DNA of 64,000 nt from Octopus vulgaris (Eukaryota). The stretch is taken from NCBI GenBank assembly GCA_951406725.2, contig OX597814.1, positions 123,628,001 through 123,692,000 of the forward strand. The letters run 5' to 3'. Position 1 is the first letter of the stretch; each line of letters begins with the position of its first letter. A model generated the notes under the pieces. It saw nothing but the letters and a program-made list of their open reading frames with translations, was not told the DNA's origin and made no database searches. Positions 52,551 through 64,000 of the stretch are shown one piece after another. Both the position numbers and the translations under genes were made by a program.

Positions 52551-53191
52551 TCATGACTTGTTTCTGGACTTGATTTTTTGGAAAACTTGTCTCATTCGGT
52601 TGTAGGTACCAGTGGACTGAGGCAGGTTCTCAAATGGTATGTGATCTTGAATACCAACTGAAAAGTTTGTTCTGTCTGGTAATGTGGGGAATGGACCTTT
52701 ATTCTGATTCACTGGTGTACCATAATCTTTGCCAAGAGACTGACACATTGACGGAGATGACAACGATGCAAACCCATCTGAAGCTGCTTGACTGTTACTG
52801 CTCTCGTCACTTGATAAAACAATGGAATTAGATTCTGATGCTTTTATCTGACTCTCAGAACTTGGCTGACTGTCTGAGTCTTCTTCCTGAAGTTGTTTCT
52901 GAAGACATCGATACTGTGCTTCAAGATCTTCCAAGGAATCTGAACTGAGAGCAGCATCAGATTTGGGTTTTGGTAGACAGAGAGGCTTTCTTTTAGAGGT
53001 AACCTCTGTAACCGGGCTCTGCCGTGAGGGCTGATTCTTAGGAGAATATTTCGAATCTGAACTGGAGGATGGAGGTGTGTCAGAAGGAAGTGGTGGTTTC
53101 GATGGTGGAGTATCAGATGGTAGAGGTGGTATGAAACAGTTGGTCTCCGTTAAGCGACATGTTCCCAGGTCTTCATAGTAAGGGAAACTCT
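52551..53191 (-). CDS. ZCCHC8: ZCCHC8 last coding exon (PPLPSDTPP.. to PFENLPQSTGTYNRMRQVF..*)
   Basis: atgcag acceptor, phase 1; PPLPxxTPP, LEDLE coiled segment and the C-terminal FENxxxSTGxYxxxR motif of ZCCHC8. Confidence 0.9.
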
Positions 53192-55173
53192 CTGCATGAG
53201 GAAGAAAAGAAAAAGAAACAACACCAGTAGAGAAGTTAAAAAGGGAAATAGAACATGTTGAACCTAATTTACAGAGTAACATTCTTCTCTCTAAATTTAA
53301 CAGTGATATGAATATCAGAAACTTCTGAGTTCAGTTCCAGACAACGTTCAGTTTCATATCTATCCTTCAGAGGTCATTAAAATAAGCTATAGTTAAGTAT
53401 CTGGTCAAATTCCACTCAACAGTCATAAACTTAATAATAATAATAAGAATATATTTATAATAATAATCCCTTTTACTATAGGCAGAAGGCCTAAATTCCG
53501 TGGGAGAGGACCAGCTAATTAATGCTAGTGATGAATAAATGCCCTGATGCAGTACCAGGCAGTGGCTCTCATGGCTTCTGATCTAGACTGATCGGAAGTG
53601 CTATCATGTACATTGTTTTGTTTTGGTATAAAAAATGGGCCACAGCAAATATTCTGCTCAGTACCACAGATTTGTTTGTCAGCTGCTTGACTGTAACCAG
53701 TTAAGCATGTCACTTAGTGGCTGATGATATGTTCGACTCTGCTCATGAGCAATAGAGGGGGAGCATCATAGCCATATGTTGAGAGGAATTCATTGGGGAT
53801 TCATTCAACATCCTTAAACGACCTTAATTCAGGGACCTTTTAAGCAGGATGGGCTTCTTGACTTGAAGAAAATTCTAAATTTCACTGCAAAACAACAGGT
53901 AAAATTTGTCCAAAGTCTTCAAAGTCATATCACAGCAAGGGCTGGATTGTCATTTAGTGCAAGAAAAGATTATGAGTTTTAAACCAGAGACCTGACACTT
54001 TAAAATGCTTACAAAAGAATGGATGCAGCTAAAAGCATCCAAGTACCTCAGTTCAACACCATTCAGATGGCAGTGTAAAACTGGAAGACATAAAGTCTAT
54101 CGCCTAAATAGTAGGCCATGGTAGGATTTGAACTCATAAGGCAAAGAGGTGAAACAAATAATACAAGGCATCCTGTCCAATTGTCAATTCATTGCCCAGA
54201 GTATTAGATGTAGGATTAACAAATCAATTCCACTAAATTCCAGTGATGATAGCAATAGATTATGTGCTAAATTGTGGAGCAGATTTTGAATGTCATTAAG
54301 ACAAGGGGCATGCTTTGTCTTATTCCTCCATTTCAATGTCAGAACAGATGAAGTGGATAATTTGTATTTCCAACATCTTTTACATACATGATCCACCAAA
54401 GGGAACTTCTAAGTGGTTGTTCAGCCTGTTATATAAATCTGCCTCATCTGTCTTACAAAAAATGGAAAGACACACTGAATAATGTAGTCAACAGAATATG
54501 TCCTCTAAGATAGCAGAAAAGATGTACATGATAGAACATCTTCGATCCTAGGTGTATATAAGGTATAAGTCTCTATCTAACCCATGCTAGTAAGGAAAAA
54601 CAGATGTAAAAAGAGTGGGTAGTTCACTTCCCAACCACATAGTTCTAGGTTCAGTACAACTGTGTGACACCATAGGCAAGTGTCTTCTATCATAGCACTG
54701 GGCTAACCAAAGTTTGGTGAGTGGGTTTGGTACATGAAAACTGGAAGCCCGTCATATATATATATATGTACCTGTGTTAGTGTCTCTTTGCCCTGACATC
54801 GTGTGATATGAGCAAATAGTACCTTGCTTGGAAACAGGGTAATATAAAATCTGTCTTAACAAATTATCTGATCCATGCAAGTACCATAAAATGATGAAGA
54901 TGATGATGATGACGATACACGTCATGTTCTCTGCATCCCTCTCTAGCAGAGCATTCCTAATCTTGCAAGCTCATGGGTGCTGGTGCCATGTAAAAAGCAG
55001 CCAGTACACTATGTAAAGTGGTTGGTGCTAGAAAGGGCATACAGCCACAGAAACCATGCCAAAAAAGGCATAAAACCTGGCCAGCCCCTGCCAAACCATC
55101 CAACCCATGCCAGCATGAGAAACAGATGATGATGATATATACACGCACAAATATATATATATATACATATACA

Positions 55174-55237
55174 GAGAGAGAGAGAGAGAGGGAGAGAGAG
55201 AGGGAGGGAGAGAGAAAGAGGGAGAGAGAGAGAGAGG

Positions 55238-55306
<69 letters not shown>
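55174..55306. repeat. (GA)n microsatellite
   Basis: Directly visible; many other (TA)n, (TG)n, (TAA)n, (GAT)n and (TAG)n tracts occur throughout the window. Confidence 0.95.
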
Positions 55307-55310
<4 letters not shown>

Positions 55311-55323
55311 AGTAGAAAACTAC

Positions 55324-55423
55324 CTTCAGTATCAATATCCATGTCAGAACTGGTGTCAAATGACCGATGTCGTTTAGGATTTCCATCTTTACCTGTGCCA
55401 TGTTTCCGTTTTTTAGCATCATC
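55324..55423 (-). CDS. ZCCHC8: ZCCHC8 exon (DDAKKRKHGTGKDGNPKRHRSFDTSSDMDIDTE)
   Basis: Tandem cagcag acceptor, gtag donor; basic NLS-like clusters and an acidic DMDID motif. Confidence 0.8.
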
Positions 55424-56339
55424 CTGCTGAATAGAGAAATATGGAGATAAGAATATACTGACCATCAGCTTTAAACATGGCTGCCTTAACAACAAAAATT
55501 TTCAGAATGGTGATGCTGGCAGTAATGCAATTGCTACAGTGATGGTGCTGGTGTTGGAGTTGTCATGGTAACAATGGTGGTGTGATTAGGGTGATGATAT
55601 TGTTATGTAGTTGGACTCATGATCATAACACCATGGTTTCAATTCCTAGACCAGGTGACGTATTGTGTTCTTGAGCAAAACATTTCCATTTCATGCCGCT
55701 CCATTCCACTCAGCTGGCAAAAACAAGTAACCCTGTGACGAACTGGTGTCCAGTCCAGATGGGGAACATACATGCCATAGAAACCGGCCCTTATGAGTCG
55801 GCATGACCCAAGAAAGTAAAGGCGGTGAGCTAGAAGAAACGTTAGCACACTGGGCAAAATGCTTAACAGCATTTCGTCTGTCTTTACATTCTGAGTTCAA
55901 ATTCTGCCAAGGTCAACTTTGCTTTTCATCCTTTTGGGGTTGATAGATTAAGTACCAGTTGCATACTGGGGTCAATCTAATCGATTGCCCCCCCCCATCT
56001 CCCCCAAAATTTCGGGCCTTGTGTCTAGAGTAGAAAAGGTTATATAGTAGTTGTTATGGTGACTGTGTTAGTTATGAATTTGTAATGATGTAGTTATAGT
56101 TATGTTGTGGTTGTGGTGATAGTGGTAGGGTAGTTGTGATGATGGTGTTGGTTATGTAGTTGTTATAGTAATAATGGTCGTAGCATAGTTGTTTGGTGAT
56201 GATGGTAGTGATTGTAAGGTCACTATAGTAATATAGTTATTGTCTTCAAACGCTGGGTCTCACAGAGGCAATGACAAGTGCCTGAAACCTTTGGTGATAT
56301 GCCAAGCTTGAGAAGACCTGTCAAGCTAAGTGAAACCGT

Positions 56340-56548
56340 CATCATCATTCATCATTGTTCGACCGTGGTCGAGACAATGGAATTTACTATGTTACGCCAG
56401 ACTTCATGGTCCATCATAGCATTACGGAGGTCCTGTTGCTGGATGCCTGTATCCCTGGAGATTACATCAGGGTAGGAGAGTGTGCGCCCTCTGGTATTGC
56501 GAGTAGATGGCTTCCAGAGGAGAAGAGTAGAAATTACTTCTTTTTTTG
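56340..56548 (-). mobile_element. RTE-like LINE 3' end nested in an RTE-UTR repeat
   Basis: LLLWKP..RGRTLSYPDVISRDTG..AMMDHEVWRNIV followed by a (TGA)n tail. Confidence 0.7.
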
Positions 56549-57368
56549 AAACCGTAGTTGTGGTTGATGCTGGTATTACATAACAGGCACCCGTGTTGGT
56601 GGCATGTAAAAAGCACCCTTCAAACATTGGGCCTCATGGAAGTGATAAGTGACCGAGATCTTTGGTAATATGCTGTGCTTGAGAAGACTTATAAAACCAA
56701 GAGGAATCATAGTTGTGGCCAATGCCAGTGTTTCATAACTAGCACCCATGCTGGTGGCACATAAAAAGTGCCCGTTACACTCTTATTTCTTTATTGCCCA
56801 CAAGGAGTTAAACACAGAGGGGACAAACAAGGATAGACAAAGGGATTAAGTTGATTACATCGACCCCAGTGCGTAACTGGTACTTAATTTATCGACCCTG
56901 AAAGGATGAAAGGCAAAGTCCACCTCGGCGGAATTTGAACTCAGAACGTAACGGCAGACGAAATACTGCTAAGCATTTCGCCCGGCATGCTAACGATTCT
57001 GCCAGCTCAACGCCTTAGTGCCCATTACACTCTTGTAGTGGTTGGTGTTAGGAAGAGCATCCAGCTGTAGAAATCATGCCAAATCAGCTTGGAATCCTCA
57101 TTTTCAGTCAAACTGTCTAATCCATGCCAGTATGGAAAGCAGGCACTAAATGATGATGATGATGATGATAGTTGCAGTGTAATTGATGTGGCACAGAATT
57201 TCTTCAGAGACAATTATGGGAGCAGGTAAGGTGTAAAGTCATAAACTTCTCAGTGCAGTCCAAAACTTTAATTAACTGCAGCTTCTTAATTAGCTGGGTC
57301 AAAAGCTGAGAAGAGATCTAAAATGATCTGTAAAAAAAAAAGAAAAAAAAAAAGCACAGATGTCTTAC

Positions 57369-57437
57369 TTGGCTGGAATGCAATACTGTTTTCAACTGAT
57401 GTTCTTGGATGGGAGGTAAGTTATACTTGTAGTGTTC
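57369..57437 (-). CDS. ZCCHC8: ZCCHC8 exon (EHYKYNLPPIQEHQLKTVLHSSQ)
   Basis: atctag/gtaaga; 69 nt, phase 0 to 0, open frame. Confidence 0.75.
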
Positions 57438-58924
57438 CTAGATAAAGAAAAAAAAAAAAGAAATAACAATAATTAGCAGTGAGGATTAGACAGTTCAGGA
57501 TATGTAGCAGACCCCTGTTGGAAAATGAAATTGACACTTTGTGAGAACAAGGCCATTAAAGACCGTCTGTTTAGACGCAGATGATTTGGCATCGTTGGAC
57601 TGGACATTTAGCCTATTTGGGTGAAAGTACTTTTTGGTATTGTGTGCTGCATGAGCACACAGAAATATACTGAGAGAGGGGGGAGAGAGAGAGATTAAAA
57701 CATCTAATGTCATTAAATCAGAGATGCCAAAACATGCCATGCCTACTAAAGACTGTGATTTGTAGTTCATTTGTTGGGAATTTCAAACTAGATAAATTAG
57801 CAACACATTCTCTGAGGTTTTCTTTGATTTTTTTCTTTTACTTGTTCCAGTCTCTTGACTGCAGCTATGCTGGGGCACCACCTTGAGGAATTCTTAGTCG
57901 AATGAATTGACCTGCGGACTTATTCTGTCAGTCTCTTTTGTGGAACCATTAAGTTGTGGGGACATAAATACGCCAAAACTGGTTGTGAAGCAGTAGTGGG
58001 GCACAAACACAGACATAAAGATGCATACACATAGGTAAACCTAAAATGGGCTTCTTTCAGTTTATGTCTATCAAATTCACTCACAAGGCTTTGGTTGGTC
58101 CAAGGCATTAGTAGAAGACACTTGTCCAAGGTGCAGTGGGGCTGAACCCAGAACCATGTGGTTGAGATGCAAACTTTTTACCACACAGCTATGCCTGCAC
58201 CTATTTGTGAATTAAAAAAAATTTACTCACATGCCGATGCCAGTGTCCCTGGATTGGCTCCTGTGCCAGTGGCATGGAAAAATCACTATCTGAACGTAGT
58301 TGATACCAGTGCCCCGACTGGCTCCTGTACTGGTAGCATGTAAAAAGCACCCACTACACTCTCAGAGTGGTTGGCATAAGGAAGGGCATTCAGCTGTAGA
58401 AGCATTGCCAGATCAGATTGGAGCCTGGTGCAGCCACTGGCTTTCCAGACCTCAGTCAAACTGTCCAACCCATGCCAGCATGGAAAATGGATGTTAAGCA
58501 ATGATGATGATTACTTAGCAGATATAAGCTGGCACCTCATCACCATTATTTTTATCTCTCTTACTTGCACCACTCCATTCATGTTCATCCACCCATATAT
58601 AATGTCAAGTAGGTCTGAATCTTATCAGCAACAATAAACTTATTTTTGTCCCATGCATCATACTTTAACCTTTAAACACCTTGCATAAAGCCATCTCCCT
58701 TCTACTCAAGGGGGATCTTTAAGTCTTGCAAAGTACGTTGGTATTAGAAAGATGATTCAGCCAAGATAGCAACACAAAACGTGATTCTTAGGCTCACTGG
58801 TTTCTGTCAAACTGTCCAATTCAGCCAGGACAGAAAATAGTCCTGAAATAATGATGATAACATTCCCTAGCACCCAATGCTTGAAGAAATTACTATAATG
58901 AAAAATAAAAACAAAAATACTTAC

Positions 58925-58995
58925 ATCTCGAAAGCTTTCAGGAAGAGGAACAGTGAAACCTGGGTATTCAATAATTAGATTTGGGTCAATCTCAT
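58925..58995 (-). CDS. ZCCHC8: ZCCHC8 exon (EIDPNLIIEYPGFTVPLPESFRD)
   Basis: YPGF motif conserved in ZCCHC8; ttgcag/gtaagt. Confidence 0.88.
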
Positions 58996-61053
58996 CTGCA
59001 AACAAACAAAATGGTATATGATGATAAAACTGAGAAGAGTACGAGTGTAATGTAACAAGATATGAAAAATCTGGAAAAGACCCAGGTAGAAACCTCCATA
59101 GAGACAAACAACCCCTTCCAGAGCAGGTTCAATACAAAAAGGTTAAGAACTTTACCTGTTCTAATACCTCATCGTCATCATCGTTTAATGTCCACTTTCC
59201 ATGCTAGCATGGGTTGGACGATTTGACTGAGGGCTGGCGAACCAGCTGGCTGCACCAGGCTTCAATCTTGATCTGGCAGACTTTCTACAGCTGGATGCCC
59301 TTCCTAACGCCAACCACTCCGAGGGTGTAGTGGGTGCTTTTACGTGCCACCATGTACAGAAAAGTCTAATTCTTCCTGGTCATGAAACTGTCACTTTTTC
59401 CTTAAAATGTTTTACATCTATTTATCTGTGAGTTGGATGGAAAGCAAGGTTTCATTGTCAGAGTACTGCTAGAACATTTTATCGACTGCTAAGTAGAGAG
59501 TTGAGCCTATATTTTATTTAGTTGAGTATACTGCACAGTTAAATGCCATGCTGAGAAACACGATAAAAGTGACTATTACTGATTCACTCTGAATCTCTCC
59601 TCTAAATGTGATTAACCACAAAGCTCCTTTATAACAAGAACCTGCTCTACTTCACCTGTTTCTCCCACAACCAACCCTAATCTCCTAGCATAACCCTCCA
59701 CCACCACTTTTGTAGTCCTGGGAGTTGCATGGTCATCTCACTTGAGTTGGTAGGATGAAAATAACACTTTGTTAAGTGGTTGGCATTAGGAAGGGGCATC
59801 CAGTTGCAAAAACTTTGCCAAAACAGATACAGGAACATGACCTATCAGATCCAGTCAAACCATCCAACCCATGCCAGCATGGAACATGGATATTAAATGA
59901 TGGTGATGATGATGATAGTAAGATGAACTTATGACTATGAGACAAGTAGCCCAATACCTTGACCTCACAACCATTGGGATTACATTTCTAAATTTCTAGA
60001 TAAATTATTTCTGGATTAATAATTCTCTCATTGCTCAATTTAAGATAAGCATGCTGCAATCTAGTGATTGGCAGCTTTGGAAGGTCAGTCTCAATGCAGG
60101 GAAAATATGGTACCTGAAAGTGACCAAAGATTATTCTTTTATTGATACATTTTTTGACTTCCTGGTGCTAATTCCACCAGTCCCTTTTTACTAAACGGTG
60201 AAGGATTAACACAGACACACAATGAGCTTCTTCCAGTTTCCACCTACCAAATTCTCTCACATTGCAATGATCAACCCAGGGCTATATAAGAATAAAAGAC
60301 ACTTGTCCAAGGTGCCATACAGTGGAATGGAACCTGAAACCACATTGTAACATTGTAAACTGAACTTCTTAACTAAACACCCACAACTGTGCCTATCAGG
60401 GCAACTAAAAGGTACAATTTTTAATGATCTTAGTTTCGTAAATATGTTAAATTTTTTTTAGAGAAACTCCTGCAACACATAGTTACTTTCTTGCATTTCC
60501 ATCAGGTTGGGCAACCATGTATTTCCTTTGTGGTAGCACACCTGTTTCTGTCTTCATTCCTGATCTTTCTCTCTCTGGCCGGGTAACAGCAAGATACCTG
60601 TATCAGTCTCACTGTAACCTTTTCATCATCCAACACAAGATCAGCTCTTACAAAGCCTCCTCTCTTAAAAGTTATTTTCTTTCTTTCACAAGTACTTGGT
60701 GATCTTGTCAGTACAGGTGCCACTTAAAAGCACCCAGTCCATACTGTAGAGTGGTTGGTGTTCTGAAGGGCATACAGCTGTAAAAACTTTGCCAAAACTG
60801 ACCTCACCTGAGCTTGGGGCACGTAAAAAGCACTACTCACTTTGCCTGTATTTGTGCCATGTAAAAAGCACAAAGTCCACTCTGCTGAGTGGTTGGTGTT
60901 AGGAAGGACATCCAGCCATAAAAAAAACCTGCCAAAACAGTCACAGAAGTCTGGTACAGGCTTCTGCCTGGCCGGCTCTTGTGAAATCATCCCACCCATG
61001 CTAGCATGAAAGATAGACATTCAATGATGATGATGATGATGTTAGTTACTTAC

Positions 61054-61116
61054 CATCTCCAGTTGTTGTCTGCTCAACTTCACCATCTTCAAGAGTGTCA
61101 CCAGCAACACCAACCT
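61054..61116 (-). CDS. ZCCHC8: ZCCHC8 exon (VGVAGDTLEDGEVEQTTTGD)
   Basis: tttcag/gtaagt; phase 1 to 1, in frame with both neighbours; EDGE motif. Confidence 0.8.
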
Positions 61117-62662
61117 CTGAAATAAAACGCAAAGTCATCATTACGAAGTTGCTGAGATATAAGGGACGGCAACATAATAGATTGTGATGAAACACCTTCG
61201 ACTGGGAAACGTGCTTATGATTCACTGGGATTTCCCTCACCATTGTTGTCAATGGCAATGTTGGTTTCATTTTAGTGATTTTTTAATATCTTTTATCTTT
61301 TACTTGTTTCACTCATTAAACTGTGGCCATGCAGGGGCACTGCTTTGAAGAATTTTCAAGGAAAGCAATCAATCCTAGTACTTGTTATTTTCTTTTTCTT
61401 AAGTCTGGCACTTATTCTATTGGTCTCTGTTGCCGAACCGCTAAGTAATGGGGACGTAAACACACTAACATCGGTTGTCAAGTGATGGTGTGGGGACAAA
61501 CACAGACGCACACACATCTACTCTTTTATTTGTTTCAGTCATTTGACTGCAGCCATGCTGGAGCACCGCCTTTAGTTGAACAAATCGATCTCAGGACTCA
61601 TTCTTTGTAAGCCTAGTACTTATTCTATCGGTCTATGTTGCTGAAGCACTAAGTTGCAGGGGATGTAAACACACCAGCATTGGTTGTCAAGTGATGGTGG
61701 GGGGACAAACAGACACACAAATATACACATACACACACACACATATATATATATACACACAACGGGCTTCTTTCAGTTTCTATCTACCAAATTCACTCAC
61801 AAGGCTTTGATCGGCCTGAGGCTATAGTAGATGACACTTGCCTAAAGTGACACACAGTGGGACTGAACCTGGGACCATGTGGTTGGTAAGCAAGCTGCTC
61901 ACCACACAGCCACTCCTACACCTATATATATATCTCGTTCCTTTAGAGTTTTGGGCCTCACAGAGGCAATGACTAAGACCTTTTACATTATGTCATGCTT
62001 GAGAAGACCCATCAAGCCAAGCAAAATCGCAGTCGTGATAGATACCGGTGTCATGTAAAAGCACCCATTGGAGTGGTTGGCATTAGGAAGGGCATCCAGC
62101 CATAGAAAACCATACCAAATCAGACTGGAGCCTGGCACAGCCTTCTGGCATGCCAGCCCAGTCAAACTGTCCACCCCGTGCCAGTACAGACAACGGACAT
62201 TAAATGATGATGATAATTGTGTGTGTGTATATGTACATATATATATAAAGGTAGTTTTCACTTGTGTTTAAATGTACACTATTTTATATATATACAGATA
62301 GATAGATAAATACATACATACAACGGGCTTCTTTCAGTTTCTGTCTACCAAATCCACACAAGACTTTGGTCAGTCTGAGGTTATAGAAGAAGACACTTGC
62401 CCAAGGTACCACACAGTGGGACTGAAACCCACTGTGTTTTCTAACACATGCATGCACATGTGTGTGAGAGGGAGCAATTACAAACACTCACATATCAACA
62501 TCACCCTTATCTTATTTATCTAGGTAATGGTTTTCAAATGGGTTAGACAAATGGTTACTTAGAAGTGACAGTAGTTTTTAGGCCTTGGAATGGTATGCAA
62601 AAGGTTAGACAAATGGCGCAAGATCTAATAACCTAAGAAAGAAAAGAATAACAAATGCTTAC

Positions 62663-62814
62663 GTTTGCCATGTTTATCAAATAAAGACATTCCTGAGGCA
62701 GTCTTTGTCTTGGCTTCCTGTAGCCAGCCTGGAGGGTATCCATAGAACCTCATTCTGTATATATGAATGGGTACTGTGCTGGGGCCTAGTCTCATAGCTT
62801 CTCGTAAACTGTCA
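62663..62814 (-). CDS. ZCCHC8: ZCCHC8 exon, PSP domain (SDSLREAMRL..PIHIYRMRFYGYPPGWLQEA)
   Basis: IYRMRxxGYPPGWL PSP signature; cccag/gtaagc. Confidence 0.93.
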
Positions 62815-63730
62815 CTGGGATAGAATAATTCAATAGATAATCTTGATAAAAGACTTTTCTTACAAAACAATTAATAACGTGGAGGATGCAATAAAAGTGT
62901 GATGGTGTTGGAGCTGTAAAACGAGTTGAAAAGTGAAAACAATTAAAGAGAAACAAATAGAACCGTTCTTGGGATCCACAAACTGAAGAGAACTAGAAAA
63001 TAGAACTTCGGTAAATTAAAAAAATTGGTGGGATCATATTAAGAAATACTGGAGGAGAGGAATGAAATAGATGAAGAAAATATAATCAGTTTTAAGTCAA
63101 AATATTATGGATGAAGCATTTGAAAATCTGAAAGTACAGCTAAATAAAATGTGAATGAGACTACAGAAAATTAGAAGTCATGTTGTACATAGAATATAGG
63201 AACTTCATATACAACTGAGAGATTGTTTAAAAAACTAGAAAGGAAACTTAACTTTAATGTCATTGAGTCTAGAGAGGGTCGATTTGCAGAAAAATGCATG
63301 CACTGGTTGTATCTCACTTCTTTTTATTATTACTTGTCAGTTAGTTGACTAATTAACCAATTAACTAATCAATTACTTGACTAATTGATAGATCAATCAA
63401 TCAATTGGTTTGCCAGAGTCCTTTCACTGCCATTCATGACATCACTAACAATGTGCCTTAGTTGTTCCAGGTCTGTCATCAACTGAACAATTAACTGATT
63501 AAATAAACAATTAAGTAATCGATTAATTAGTTGGCAAGTAATAATGAAAAGAAGTGAAGTTGAGCCCATGTGTGTATTTTTATTGGCAATATGACCCTCC
63601 TAAGATACGATATCCATTTCAACACACAATTTCCCATGAAGAAATTTGGAAAACAAATAAATAACCTTAATGATTAAGGTGAATAGTAGAATAGAATAGA
63701 TGTGGCTGAGCGTAACAATCCAAAACTTAC

Positions 63731-63793
63731 CTTAAATAACCAGGTTTAAAGGAAGAAAACCGTGGATCAGTTTCAGCATGGTAGCGAGAAGTT
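63731..63793 (-). CDS. ZCCHC8: ZCCHC8 exon (TSRYHAETDPRFSSFKPGYL)
   Basis: acag/gtaagt; RYH..RFxxFKPG motif at the start of the PSP domain. The gene continues past the window end. Confidence 0.88.
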
Positions 63794-64000
63794 CTGTAAT
63801 TTTGTAAAAAAAAAAAAAAAAGCTTACTAATTTCACAAAGGTATGAATATTAGTTAAAATACAATATAAAACAGGGGTCATGGGGATGCTACTAACAGAC
63901 TGCTAATTTGTAGTAGAACTGAAATACTACTCTGAAAAGGTTGCAAAACACAATGAAAATTTTAGGAAAATAAAAATAAGAAATAAGTGGAAATTTTACC

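Noticed and set aside
55009-55495. ORFs with (SL)n or (ER)n tracts
   Set aside because: These are translations of the (GA)n microsatellite; only the embedded ZCCHC8 exon is real

Overview
AT-rich, repeat-dense animal genomic DNA with spliced genes. It is not prokaryotic, and the SINE/LINE repertoire looks like an octopod cephalopod (inference). I assembled four protein-coding genes by hand from splice sites. (1) The last 7 coding exons of POLA2 (+, 65-12850). (2) A complete RAD51 (-, 27619-13233; 9 coding exons, 339 aa), convergent with POLA2 and with nearly abutting 3' ends. (3) A two-exon gene not assembled in the ORF track (+, ATG 38872, 9.9-kb intron, stop 49056) encoding a 94-aa secreted precursor with an eclosion-hormone-like cysteine framework plus one extra Cys pair. 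(4) The last 7 complete coding exons of ZCCHC8 (-, 63793-52551). The rest is tRNA-derived SINEs, RTE/CR1/R4-Dong LINE fragments, a Penelope-like element with an inverted pLTR, a Helitron, several MITEs and microsatellites. The highlights are the EH-like peptide gene and five Penelope-type hammerhead-ribozyme motifs at four loci. One has an intact core, one has a compensatory G3-C8 core swap, and one sits inside a tRNA-headed SINE-like element. All homology calls are from recalled family motifs; no searches were run.
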